Shown here: piece by piece, positions 47,144 through 56,148 of the stretch
Layout of the letters: every line of letters begins with the position of its first letter
Numbering within the stretch: position 1 is the stretch's first letter
Origin: an uncultured Christensenella sp.
Lineage (GTDB): Bacteria > Bacillota > Clostridia > Christensenellales > UBA1242
DNA: 64,000 bases
Direction of reading: 5' to 3'
Assembly: GCA_949294455.1 (NCBI GenBank)
Contig: CASFHD010000003.1
Location: 8,219 to 72,218 of the forward strand
Program-made: the position numbers and the translations under genes
Notes under the pieces: model-generated
Told to the model about the DNA's origin: nothing
Databases searched by the model: none
Seen by the model: only the letters and a program-made list of their open reading frames with translations

Positions 47144-48061
47144 ATGAAATTTGAACTTTTAAAACAATCTCTTAAAAAATCTATTGAACACTCATATAAA
47201 TTGGTGGGTGATGATAATTTTTTGATTTCTAAAAGTATTGAACTTATTAAATCTCAAGCAGTTGATTGTTTTGAAGAATTTAATGTTCAAGTAATAGACG
47301 AACAGATTAGTTTAAATCAATTACAATTCTCTTTAGATACTTTGCCAATGATGGCAAAAAGACGCCTTTTAATTTTTAAATATTTAGAAAATTCTTATTT
47401 AAAATTATTAAATGATTCGATAAAATATGAACATATTGTTAAAGTATTTGTAAATCCTACAATTAATGTTGATGGGGTATTAGTCGAATGTAGTGTTGTA
47501 TCAAATGAATTGTGCCAAAAGTTTATTTTAAACGAAATTGCAAAATTTAATATAACTATTGAAAAAAACGCAATTGACTCAATTTTAAAATTGACAAATA
47601 ACAAATTAGGTGTTATAAAGCAAGAATGTGATAAATTAATCTCATACGCTAGAATAAAAAAGACTATTACTAGTGATGATGTCAAAAATATAGTAATACC
47701 TAGCGAAGAGTATTATGTCTACACATTGTCTAATAAAATTGATGAAAAAGACTTAGAAAATATGTCATCAGTTTTAAATGTATTATTAAAATCAATGGAC
47801 GCTATCAATATCTTTAAATTTTTAGGTAATTATTTTAGGCGTATGTTTTTAATGTGCTTGACAAATAATGATAACGAAATATTAGCAATATTTAAAAATT
47901 TAAATTCGTTTGCTATTAAAAAGGCAAGGCATTATATATTATTGAATGGTAAAAATTTTTATATTAACAGATACATTAAGTTTGTTGACCTAGACTTTAT
48001 GATTGTGTCTGGTAAAATATCAGCGATTAATGCTCTTTATGAAATTTTATTTTTTAATTAA
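47144..48061 (+). CDS. holA: DNA polymerase III delta subunit
   Basis: Conserved comEC-holA synteny, ~305 aa, and an N-terminal pattern typical of delta. No sharp motif, so the call is mainly positional. Confidence 0.7.
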   Translation: MKFELLKQSLKKSIEHSYKLVGDDNFLISKSIELIKSQAVDCFEEFNVQVIDEQISLNQLQFSLDTLPMMAKRRLLIFKYLENSYLKLLNDSIKYEHIVKVFVNPTINVDGVLVECSVVSNELCQKFILNEIAKFNITIEKNAIDSILKLTNNKLGVIKQECDKLISYARIKKTITSDDVKNIVIPSEEYYVYTLSNKIDEKDLENMSSVLNVLLKSMDAINIFKFLGNYFRRMFLMCLTNNDNEILAIFKNLNSFAIKKARHYILLNGKNFYINRYIKFVDLDFMIVSGKISAINALYEILFFN

Positions 48062-48128
48062 AAAATTTTATAAATTTTGTAGGATATATTTTTTTAATGT
48101 CTAATAAGTATTACAACGAGGTAAACAA

Positions 48129-49886
48129 TTGATAAATAGAGGTTTTGATTCAGATTTTTTGGCAAAACTCAAAGAGAGAAATGACATTGTTACAACGATT
48201 TCTAAATATATCACTTTGCAACGAAAGGGTAGAGGCTATTGGGCGTGCTGTCCTTTTCACGGTGAAAAAACACCATCTTTTAGCGTTAAAGAAGATGGTC
48301 AATTTTATAAGTGTTTTGGCTGTGGTGAAAGCGGTGATGTAATAACTTTTATTGAAAAATTTGAAAATGTAGATTTTATGACGGCGGTCGAGATTTTGTG
48401 CAAAAATGCAGGTATGGAAATGCCGTCCTTTAAAGGTAATGAAGAAATTGAAAAGAAAAAAAAGTTGCGAGATAGGCTTTATTTAGCACTGAATTTAGCA
48501 ACAGACTTTTATATGTCAAATCTATACTCTTTGCAGGGCAAAAAGCATCTTGATTATTTAAAAAATAGAGGCATCACTGATGAACTTATTAAAAAATTTA
48601 AAATAGGTGCGTCTTTAGATTATGACAGTTTAGTTAAATTTATGCAAAGTCGTGGTTTTTCATACAATGAACTTTTACAATCTGGTTTGGTAGGAGTAAA
48701 TGACTATGGCAAATATTATGATTTTTATGCAAAAAGAGTAATATTTCCTATTTTTAATAACTTTTCAGATGTAATAGGTTTTTCTGCACGAGATATTTCA
48801 GGTGAACAAAATATTGCAAAGTATAAAAACACGCCACAAACAATGCTATTTTCAAAAGGACAAGTTCTTTATGGTTACAATTTCATTAAGGAAGAGAAAA
48901 AACACGGAAATTTAAATGAAGTTATAATTGTAGAAGGGCAAATGGATACTATTGCTTGCCACGGCGCAGGGCTTGTAAACACAATAGGGTGTATGGGTAC
49001 TGCATTAACCAGCAATCACGCAAAAGAATTGCAAAGACTTACTGACAATATTTTGGTGTGTCTAGATGGTGATAATGCGGGTGAAGTTGCTACATTTAAG
49101 GCTATTGACTGTTTAAGGCAAATAGGTTTAAATGTAAAGGTTGTAAGACTCAAAGAAGCAAAAGACCCTGATGAATACATAAAAAAGTTTGGTGCTAGTG
49201 CTTTTATTAAAACTTTACAAAACGCAATGCCTTTTATGGATTTTATTATAGAAGACATTTCAAAAAAGTATGATTTGAAAAACAATGATGAATTAAATAA
49301 GTTTATAAATGAGGCTTTGTCATATATAAGCAAACTTTTAAGTCCTTCAGAACAAGAAATTTACTTAAATCTTGTTTATAAAATTTCAAAAATTCCAAAG
49401 GATATACTTCGAAAAACTCTGACGGGTAACTTGATAGAAAAAAAAGTTGACGAAAAAGAATTTGTAAATACATTTGATGCTACTACCTCTGCAAAAATAT
49501 GTGTTCTTGCAAATATTTTGTATGGAAAATTAAAAGATTTTGATGGGCTTCAAGAATATTTTGATGATTCAGAAACAAAAGAAATATTTGCCTATTTTAA
49601 AACAAAAGCAAATGAAAACAGATTAATTGCTAGCTCTATATTTGATGACTTTGAAATACAACCTGATAGTATTTTAGATAAAATCTTAAATTTTAAATTC
49701 AACTTGCAAGAAAGTGTTAATGAAAATTACTTGAATGAATGTATCAAGACTCTAAAATCTAATCTTTTAAAAAGGAAGAAATTAGATTTAATGAACTCAC
49801 TACTTAAAGCAAATTCAATAGATGAACGAGCAGAAATTTTAAAAAAATTACAAGATATTGACAAAATATTGAAAGGAAATGATTAA
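48129..49886 (+). CDS. dnaG: DNA primase, TTG start
   Basis: Zinc ribbon CCPFHGEKTPSF.V......YKCFGCG..GD, and Toprim EG.MD ... DGDNAG. Confidence 0.9.
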   Translation: MINRGFDSDFLAKLKERNDIVTTISKYITLQRKGRGYWACCPFHGEKTPSFSVKEDGQFYKCFGCGESGDVITFIEKFENVDFMTAVEILCKNAGMEMPSFKGNEEIEKKKKLRDRLYLALNLATDFYMSNLYSLQGKKHLDYLKNRGITDELIKKFKIGASLDYDSLVKFMQSRGFSYNELLQSGLVGVNDYGKYYDFYAKRVIFPIFNNFSDVIGFSARDISGEQNIAKYKNTPQTMLFSKGQVLYGYNFIKEEKKHGNLNEVIIVEGQMDTIACHGAGLVNTIGCMGTALTSNHAKELQRLTDNILVCLDGDNAGEVATFKAIDCLRQIGLNVKVVRLKEAKDPDEYIKKFGASAFIKTLQNAMPFMDFIIEDISKKYDLKNNDELNKFINEALSYISKLLSPSEQEIYLNLVYKISKIPKDILRKTLTGNLIEKKVDEKEFVNTFDATTSAKICVLANILYGKLKDFDGLQEYFDDSETKEIFAYFKTKANENRLIASSIFDDFEIQPDSILDKILNFKFNLQESVNENYLNECIKTLKSNLLKRKKLDLMNSLLKANSIDERAEILKKLQDIDKILKGND

Positions 49887-50355
49887 ATTGGGAAATATTG
49901 AAAATAAAGATAAAGTTAAAGATTCTTTGTATAGTTATTTATTTAAATTAAAAGTAGATGACATTGATGACGCTTATAAATTTTATTTAAAAGAAGGTTT
50001 GACTAGGCGTGAGGATATAAAAAGATATCTATATGACTTTGTAAATGTAACAGATTTTGATGTATCAGATGAACAAATTATTGATTTATTAGATTATTAT
50101 AGGGATATTTCAAAACAAGATAAACAATTAAAAACACATTTGAAAACAGTTATTCATTTGGCGTACGCTTTTCACATATTGCACGATAAATTGCCACTTG
50201 AAGATTTAGTTCAAACTGCTAACTTAGGATATTTACTAGCGATAAAAAAATATGATAAAAAATCTGGTCTGCCATTTGCGGATTACTTAAATTACTATTG
50301 TATTACTAATATGATAAATGATTACGAAAAGGAGAAAAAGGAATGGAAAAAATAG
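49879..50355 (+). CDS. free-standing sigma-70 region 1.2/2-like protein (no region 3 or 4)
   Basis: [12 protein letters not shown]....[45 protein letters not shown] is collinear with sig[13 protein letters not shown]....[47 protein letters not shown]. It overlaps the dnaG stop by 8 nt and the sigA start by 13 nt. Confidence 0.6.
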   Translation: MIKLGNIENKDKVKDSLYSYLFKLKVDDIDDAYKFYLKEGLTRREDIKRYLYDFVNVTDFDVSDEQIIDLLDYYRDISKQDKQLKTHLKTVIHLAYAFHILHDKLPLEDLVQTANLGYLLAIKKYDKKSGLPFADYLNYYCITNMINDYEKEKKEWKK

Positions 50356-51623
50356 TCGAAGCAGTAGAAAAAATTGCCTCTGCTTTATGTGATAAAGGAG
50401 TAAATTCAATAGACGAAAATGATTTATTAAAAAAATTAGCAAAATACAAAATTGACCCTTCAAAATTAGACACCGCTATAACTATTTTAAAATCAAAAGG
50501 AATTAATATTGATAGTTCTTCAAAATCTCAAGAAGACAAAATCAATGAAACAGTTGAAAAAATTGCACAAAATTTAAAATCAAAGAATTTAAAAACAATT
50601 GATGAAGATGCTTTATGTATGCGATTAATGAAATATGAAATAGATATAAGCGAACTAAAGAAAATAACAGACTTGTTAAAAAAGTTGGGAATAACAGTAA
50701 CTGAATCTTTACCTGAAAGCGGCGATGAAATTATGGTAAATGATGCAGAACTTGAAAATATTATAAGTCAAGTGGCTGCTAACGATTTAGTTAAAATGTA
50801 TTTGAAAAATATTGGCAAAATCCCATTGTTAACTAATGAAGAACAAATGAAGTATGCAAAAGACTTAATAGAAAATCATAGTGAATATGCAAGAACTAAA
50901 TTAATTGAAAGCAATTTAAGGCTTGTTGTAAGCATTGCAAAGCATTATCAAAATAAGTATAATATGCAATTTTTGGATTTAATTCAAGAAGGTAATATTG
51001 GACTTATGAAAGCAGTTGAAAAATTCGATTATACAAGAGGATTCAAATTTTCAACTTATGCTACTTGGTGGATTAGGCAGAGCATTACAAGGGCAATTTC
51101 TGATCAATCTCATACAATTAGAGTGCCTGTGCATATGGTTGAAACAATCTACAAACAAAACAGAGCTTCTCATATGTTGATGCAAGAATTGGGCAGAGAC
51201 CCTACAACTGCAGAAATTGCAGAAAGATTAGGTACAACTGTTGAAAAAGTTATGGAAGTACAGCGTATTGCTCAAGATCCAATTTCACTTGAAAGCAAAG
51301 TTGGGCACGAAGAAGATAGTAAAATAGGGGACATTGTAGTCGATGAGTCGGCATTAAGTCCACTTGATGTAGCAATGCAAAATATGTTAAAAGAACAGTT
51401 AATGCAAGTGTTGGAAACATTGACACCAAGAGAGCAAAAAGTAATTAGATTAAGATATGGTCTTGAAGATGGTCACCCTAGGACCTTAGAAGAAGTAGGT
51501 AGGGAATTTTCAGTTACCCGTGAGCGTATTCGTCAGATTGAGGCAAAGGCTTTAAGAAAATTAAGACAACCTAGCAAACTTAGAAGATTAGAAGATGATG
51601 GAACTGATGACGATAGGAGATAG
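50343..51623 (+). CDS. sigA: primary RNA polymerase sigma factor SigA/RpoD
   Basis: [11 protein letters not shown] (1.2), region 2 [19 protein letters not shown], and region 4 [25 protein letters not shown]. The N-terminal region is duplicated. Confidence 0.95.
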   Translation: MEKIVEAVEKIASALCDKGVNSIDENDLLKKLAKYKIDPSKLDTAITILKSKGINIDSSSKSQEDKINETVEKIAQNLKSKNLKTIDEDALCMRLMKYEIDISELKKITDLLKKLGITVTESLPESGDEIMVNDAELENIISQVAANDLVKMYLKNIGKIPLLTNEEQMKYAKDLIENHSEYARTKLIESNLRLVVSIAKHYQNKYNMQFLDLIQEGNIGLMKAVEKFDYTRGFKFSTYATWWIRQSITRAISDQSHTIRVPVHMVETIYKQNRASHMLMQELGRDPTTAEIAERLGTTVEKVMEVQRIAQDPISLESKVGHEEDSKIGDIVVDESALSPLDVAMQNMLKEQLMQVLETLTPREQKVIRLRYGLEDGHPRTLEEVGREFSVTRERIRQIEAKALRKLRQPSKLRRLEDDGTDDDRR

Positions 51624-51624
51624 T

Positions 51625-52326
51625 ATGGAAAATATTTTGAAAATACAAAAATTAGATGCTGAAATTAGAAAGTTGAAAAATTCAGTGAAAAGGAGTAAAG
51701 AACAAAAACTTCTAAACGATTATTCACAAATAATGCGTGAAGGTAAAAGCTTTGTGTCGGCGCTTGAACAAGATGCTTCAAAAATAATTAATGAATTCAA
51801 TAGTTTAAATGATAGTTATAGAACATTATTAGGTAAAATTGATTTACAGAAAAAGCAAAAAATTGAAAATTCAGATTTGGAACATATTGATAAGATTGTG
51901 TCTAGTGCTAATGCATTAACTGCTGAATTAGCAAAATTAGAACAAAAACTAAGAACAATAAAAGATAAAATGGAAAAGACCTTAAGTGATTACAATAAGG
52001 CAATGGTAAAACTAAAGGCAACAAAAGAAAATTTGAATAAATGCAGACAATATGTGCAAAAATTAGAAGAAACAAATGCTCCAAAAATTGAGAGTTTGAA
52101 AAAACAAATAAAAGAATTAGAACCACTTTCTTCACAAGAACTTTTAGCAAAATATAAGGAAATGAGAGAAGATAATATTTTTCCTGTTTTCGTTGGTTGC
52201 GAAGACAATAGGTGCGGTGGTTGCAGAATGGAACTCAGTCTAAACTTTTTAGAAAGACTAAAGAAAAGCAAAATGCTACCATGTGAGGAATGTCATAGAA
52301 TTATTTTATATAAAGAGAAAAAATAA
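51625..52326 (+). CDS. coiled-coil plus C4 zinc-ribbon protein (COG1579-like)
   Basis: Long coiled coil followed by CGGC...CEEC. AGGAGA RBS before ATG 51625, immediately after the sigA stop. Confidence 0.7.
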   Translation: MENILKIQKLDAEIRKLKNSVKRSKEQKLLNDYSQIMREGKSFVSALEQDASKIINEFNSLNDSYRTLLGKIDLQKKQKIENSDLEHIDKIVSSANALTAELAKLEQKLRTIKDKMEKTLSDYNKAMVKLKATKENLNKCRQYVQKLEETNAPKIESLKKQIKELEPLSSQELLAKYKEMREDNIFPVFVGCEDNRCGGCRMELSLNFLERLKKSKMLPCEECHRIILYKEKK

Positions 52327-52696
52327 TTTCTATTAATTATATTTTTGATATTTTTATAATAATTATATTTATATCTATTTTAAAATTTTGTTATGATTAT
52401 TTAATTATAACACTTTTTTTTATTTTTCTATTTTAGATTAATTATATATAAAATTTACGTAATTATTTTTTAATATTTTTACATAATATTTCTTGTTATT
52501 ATATATTATTTATATTAAATTTTAAATATGTTTTTAAATAAATTCTTTTATTATAACAAATTAATCTTTTCAAATGACTATTAGTTATTAAAATTATTTA
52601 TCACTAAATTTCTGTAAAACGAAGTATCAATATTAATAATAAATAGTTTTATTGTAAAATTTAAGTGAGTACCATATTTGTAGATGTTTATTAAAA

Positions 52697-52726
52697 TAAA
52701 AAAAAGGTTTTATTTTAACCTTTTTT
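52697..52726. terminator. bidirectional hairpin terminator flanking tRNA-Gln
   Basis: A-run, stem aaggtt/aacctt, then a T-run. Confidence 0.55.
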
Positions 52727-52801
52727 TGGCAGGGGTAGGTAGATTCGAACTACCGCGTGCAAGAGTCAAAGTCTTGTGCCTTACCGCTTGGCGATACCCC
52801 T
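52727..52801 (-). tRNA. tRNA-Gln (anticodon UUG)
   Basis: The reverse complement aggggtatcgccaagcggtaaggc...cuUUGac...ggttcgaatc...cca folds as a cloverleaf. Confidence 0.9.
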
Positions 52802-52987
52802 TTGACGACTATTAAATTCTAACAAAAATTAAATTATTTGTCAATAAGTTTTTCAACATTTACAATATTTTATATTTAATTTATTTTTGCCGCCATTTTT
52901 ATATAATGTTTTAATTAATTTTCATGCAAAATTTGTCGAAAATTCTTTAAAATGGTATTTATTTTTATATAAAAATTAATATATTCT

Positions 52988-53641
52988 ATGACAAAAATTT
53001 ATAACGAAACTCTTCCAAAACCTTTATCTGAGATAGAAGAAAGAACATTATTTAAAAAATTAAACGAGTCTAACGATGAAAAAGCACGAGAATTACTTAT
53101 TATGCATAACATGAGATTTGTTTTGCATTTAGCAAAAAAATTTTGCAAGGATTTTACATTGTTTGAAGATATTATTTCAGTCGGAAGTTTGGGACTTATG
53201 AAAGCGGTTGACAATTTTGATATAAACAAAGGGATTAAATTTTCAACCTTTGCATCAAAATGTATTGAAAATGAAATTTTGATGTTTTATAGACACCTTA
53301 AAAAAAGGTGTTATGATATTAGCCTTGAAGTTATGGTTTCCACAAAAACTAAAATTGATGATGCCAATTTGATTCTTAGAGGTTTAATTAGTTCAAACGA
53401 ATTATCTCCTCTTGATAATATTGAAGACGAAGATCAGTTAAAAGAAGTATATAAGGTTATAGATAAATTAAATGATAGGGATAAAAAAATTATAGAACTT
53501 AGGTTCGGTTTATATGGAAACAGAATTCATAGCCAAGGTGAAGTTGCAAAAATATTTAATTTATCGCAATCATACATATCTCGTGTAGAAAAAAAAATAT
53601 TAGAAAACATAAAACAAGAAGTATTGAAATATATATTATAA
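52988..53641 (+). CDS. sigK: sigE/sigK-family sporulation sigma factor, SigK-like, without pro-sequence
   Basis: LPKPLSEIEE..L, ARELLIMHNMRFVLHLAKKF, GSLGLMKAVDNFD...GIKFSTFASKCIENEILM and region 4 LSQSYISRVEKKIL. An in-frame TAA at 52970-52972 precludes any N-terminal extension. The sigK name is assigned by elimination only. Confidence 0.7.
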   Translation: MTKIYNETLPKPLSEIEERTLFKKLNESNDEKARELLIMHNMRFVLHLAKKFCKDFTLFEDIISVGSLGLMKAVDNFDINKGIKFSTFASKCIENEILMFYRHLKKRCYDISLEVMVSTKTKIDDANLILRGLISSNELSPLDNIEDEDQLKEVYKVIDKLNDRDKKIIELRFGLYGNRIHSQGEVAKIFNLSQSYISRVEKKILENIKQEVLKYIL

Positions 53642-53700
53642 TCAGTATTGACAAATTTGATAAAAATGATAAAATATGTTTTATACAAAAGAGGATATAA

Positions 53701-54360
53701 ATGAATTCTGATATTGGTTTAATTTGTGATAAAAATAGTAATAATTGGTTTACAGATAAGAGTAAAGAAGAAAAAGATAGAGATATAAATATTTTATTAA
53801 AAGATAATTATGGATTAATTATACATACTATAGGTAAATATTTTGGACGAAAGTATTGTATAAACGAAGATATAAAATCTGAAGGACTAATTGGATTGTA
53901 TAACGCAGTTTTAAATTTTGATAAATCAAAAGGTTTAAAATTTTCAACTTTTGCTTGTGTATGTATAAAAAATGAAATCATAAAATATTTAAAAAAATAT
54001 AATAAACCTAAAGAAGAAAACGCTAGTTCTATAGTGTATTGGGATAATTATGGTAATGTTAGACGTGGCTTTGATATAGAAAATTTTTTATGCGCAGATG
54101 AACAGTCCTCTTTAGAAAGGTTAATTGATTCTGAAGACAAGTCGGATATAAAAAAAGCGATAAAAAATTTAGACAATTGCGATTATATAAAGATTTGTGA
54201 GCTTAAATATGGTTTAAATGGGGAAAAAACACACACTGAACAAGAAATAGCAAACATGTATGGAGTTTCTAGACAATACATATCAAAGTTGTTAAAAAAG
54301 ATATTAAAAAAGTTAAAAGCAATATTGCTAAAAGATGAAATACAAGGACATTCTTTATAA
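53701..54360 (+). CDS. divergent sigE/sigK-family sigma factor paralog
   Basis: Region 2 GLIGLYNAVLNFDKSKGLKFSTFACVCIKNEI and region 4 LKYGLNGEKTHTEQEIANMYGVSRQYISKLLKKILKKL. AGAGGA RBS. Confidence 0.7.
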   Translation: MNSDIGLICDKNSNNWFTDKSKEEKDRDINILLKDNYGLIIHTIGKYFGRKYCINEDIKSEGLIGLYNAVLNFDKSKGLKFSTFACVCIKNEIIKYLKKYNKPKEENASSIVYWDNYGNVRRGFDIENFLCADEQSSLERLIDSEDKSDIKKAIKNLDNCDYIKICELKYGLNGEKTHTEQEIANMYGVSRQYISKLLKKILKKLKAILLKDEIQGHSL

Positions 54361-55068
54361 TCATTCATCATAATTAATGAGTGATTTTTTTAACTTATTT
54401 AATATTTTTTTTTCCAGTCGTGAAATATATGACTGAGAAATTTTCATTAAATCTGCAACTTCTTTTTGAGTAAATTCTTTATAACCGTCCAAGCCAAAAC
54501 GCATTTTTATTATAATTCTTTCTCTTTCATTAAGATTTTCAATTAATTCCACAAGGATTTTTTTGTTGTGTTCCATTTCAATATCATCATCTGGGGAAGT
54601 TTCTTCAGCTGGAATTATGTCTTGTAACATCAATTTTTTATCATCACCGGCTAATTTTATAGGCTCATCAATGCTTATTTCCAAAGCGATTTTATTTAGT
54701 TTTCTTAAATGCATTAATATTTCATTTTCAATACATCTGGACGCATACGTAGCAAGTTTTATGTTTTTATCTGGATTAAAACTATCTATTGCTTTAATTA
54801 GACCTATAGAGCCTACTGATACTAGGTCTTCAAAACTTGTTTTTGACATTTCATATTTTTTTGCTATATACATAACTAATCTTAAATTGTGTTCAATCAA
54901 TTCTTTTTTTGCTAATGAATTGTTTTCAATTGCCAATTTGTATAAAAGTTCTTTTTCTTTATCATCTGGGAGTGGCTCAGGTAATGCAGAAGAAGAATAC
55001 ATATAGTTTAATAATGTTTCTTCATCTATTAATAATAAATTTTTTAATTTGTTTAAAATTTCTAACAT
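54361..55068 (-). CDS. sigE: sporulation sigma factor SigE (pro-sigma-E)
   Basis: Pro-sequence of ~23 aa followed by SSSALPEPLP, LIEHNLRLVMYIAKKY, IKLATYASRCIENEILMHLR and ISQSYISRLEKKIL. Lies downstream of spoIIGA. Confidence 0.9.
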   Translation of the reverse strand: MLEILNKLKNLLLIDEETLLNYMYSSSALPEPLPDDKEKELLYKLAIENNSLAKKELIEHNLRLVMYIAKKYEMSKTSFEDLVSVGSIGLIKAIDSFNPDKNIKLATYASRCIENEILMHLRKLNKIALEISIDEPIKLAGDDKKLMLQDIIPAEETSPDDDIEMEHNKKILVELIENLNERERIIIKMRFGLDGYKEFTQKEVADLMKISQSYISRLEKKILNKLKKSLINYDE

Positions 55069-55226
55069 AATAATACTCCTTTAATTTAATTTTGTTATTT
55101 TGTTAATATATAATTAATAACAAAAATTTTAATTTTTTTAATTTCAAGAATATCAATAGCTTCTTTATATTTATATTAATTTAATTTTCAATTAAATTAT
55201 GCTATTTGTATTTTTAAATTTAACTA

Positions 55227-56009
55227 TTAGGTTGAATTCAATAGTTCAGGACTTATTAAAAGTTCATAATCTGAATTAAATTTGTTAGTTACTGCTATTG
55301 TTGCATTTTTGATTTCTCGAATTTCATTATTTATATGTATGATAAGATTTGTAGCAAGAAATGAAATTAATATTTTTTTCCCTGTTACTGTACATACATA
55401 AATTCGTTTAATTTTAATATCTTTAAAATTTGAATTTAGGTAATCAATCAAAGTCAAATCAGTTAAATTTAAAAATTCATTTAACGATATTAATGTAAGT
55501 GGTAAATTATTTTCATCTTTTGCAAAATTAGCGCTATCAATATATGTTCTTAAATTAAGTTTTTTATTGTTAAAAACTATTTCAGAATTTACATAATAAC
55601 CAAGTTTTAAAGTGCGCTTTTTAATTTGTTTTAATATGAATTTTAATATAAACAATGCGATTAAGCAAATTGTAATTATTTCTAAGCTATTTAGCCTTAG
55701 TTGTAGTGAATATAACATTCCAGCATATATATTGGATACTAAAAAGGTTAATATTACGTTTACTATTATTTTTTTATTAATTTTAAATGGTATAATTACT
55801 AAAATTACACCTAGTATAAATTTATATATATTAAATATGATTGTATTGAAATAAAATATTGGACATAAAAGTGTTAACAAACTAGAAACAATTGCAGAAA
55901 TTATGATTAAATAATTTTTTTTGGGGCGTACGAATATACAAACTGTTTTTAAAATGAATAAATCCATTAAAAAATTTAATATCAATACTTCTTCTATATA
56001 CACTTTCAT
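55227..56009 (-). CDS. spoIIGA: sigma-E processing peptidase SpoIIGA
   Basis: MKVYIEEVLILNF start typical of the family, five N-terminal TM helices and a C-terminal protease domain. The Asp motif reads IDSAN. Lies upstream of sigE. Confidence 0.8.
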   Translation of the reverse strand: MKVYIEEVLILNFLMDLFILKTVCIFVRPKKNYLIIISAIVSSLLTLLCPIFYFNTIIFNIYKFILGVILVIIPFKINKKIIVNVILTFLVSNIYAGMLYSLQLRLNSLEIITICLIALFILKFILKQIKKRTLKLGYYVNSEIVFNNKKLNLRTYIDSANFAKDENNLPLTLISLNEFLNLTDLTLIDYLNSNFKDIKIKRIYVCTVTGKKILISFLATNLIIHINNEIREIKNATIAVTNKFNSDYELLISPELLNST

Positions 56010-56148
56010 TCTGATATTCTATCTAATTTTTTGTAATTTGTTATTTGAAATAGTTAAAAGATTTTGTAAAATCATAAAAGATTGTGATATATTTTGAAAA
56101 TTTTTTTGAAATTGTATAATTATGGAAATTTTGAAAACAATATTTGTT

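Noticed and set aside
52934-52940. Perfect Spo0A box TGTCGAA upstream of the SigK-like gene; other copies at 18252-18258 and, on the other strand, 28183-28189 and inside the SDR gene near 44447
   Set aside because: A rough estimate from the apparent base composition predicts several chance occurrences of this heptamer per 64 kb on two strands. About four are seen, including one in a terminator loop and one inside a CDS, so the motif is not evidence on its own.
52727-54360. The sigma-paralog pair as a tRNA-Gln-targeted genomic islet
   Set aside because: The tRNA is on the minus strand, so its 3' end, the usual integration site, faces away from the sigma genes. I saw no integrase and no direct repeat of the tRNA 3' end.
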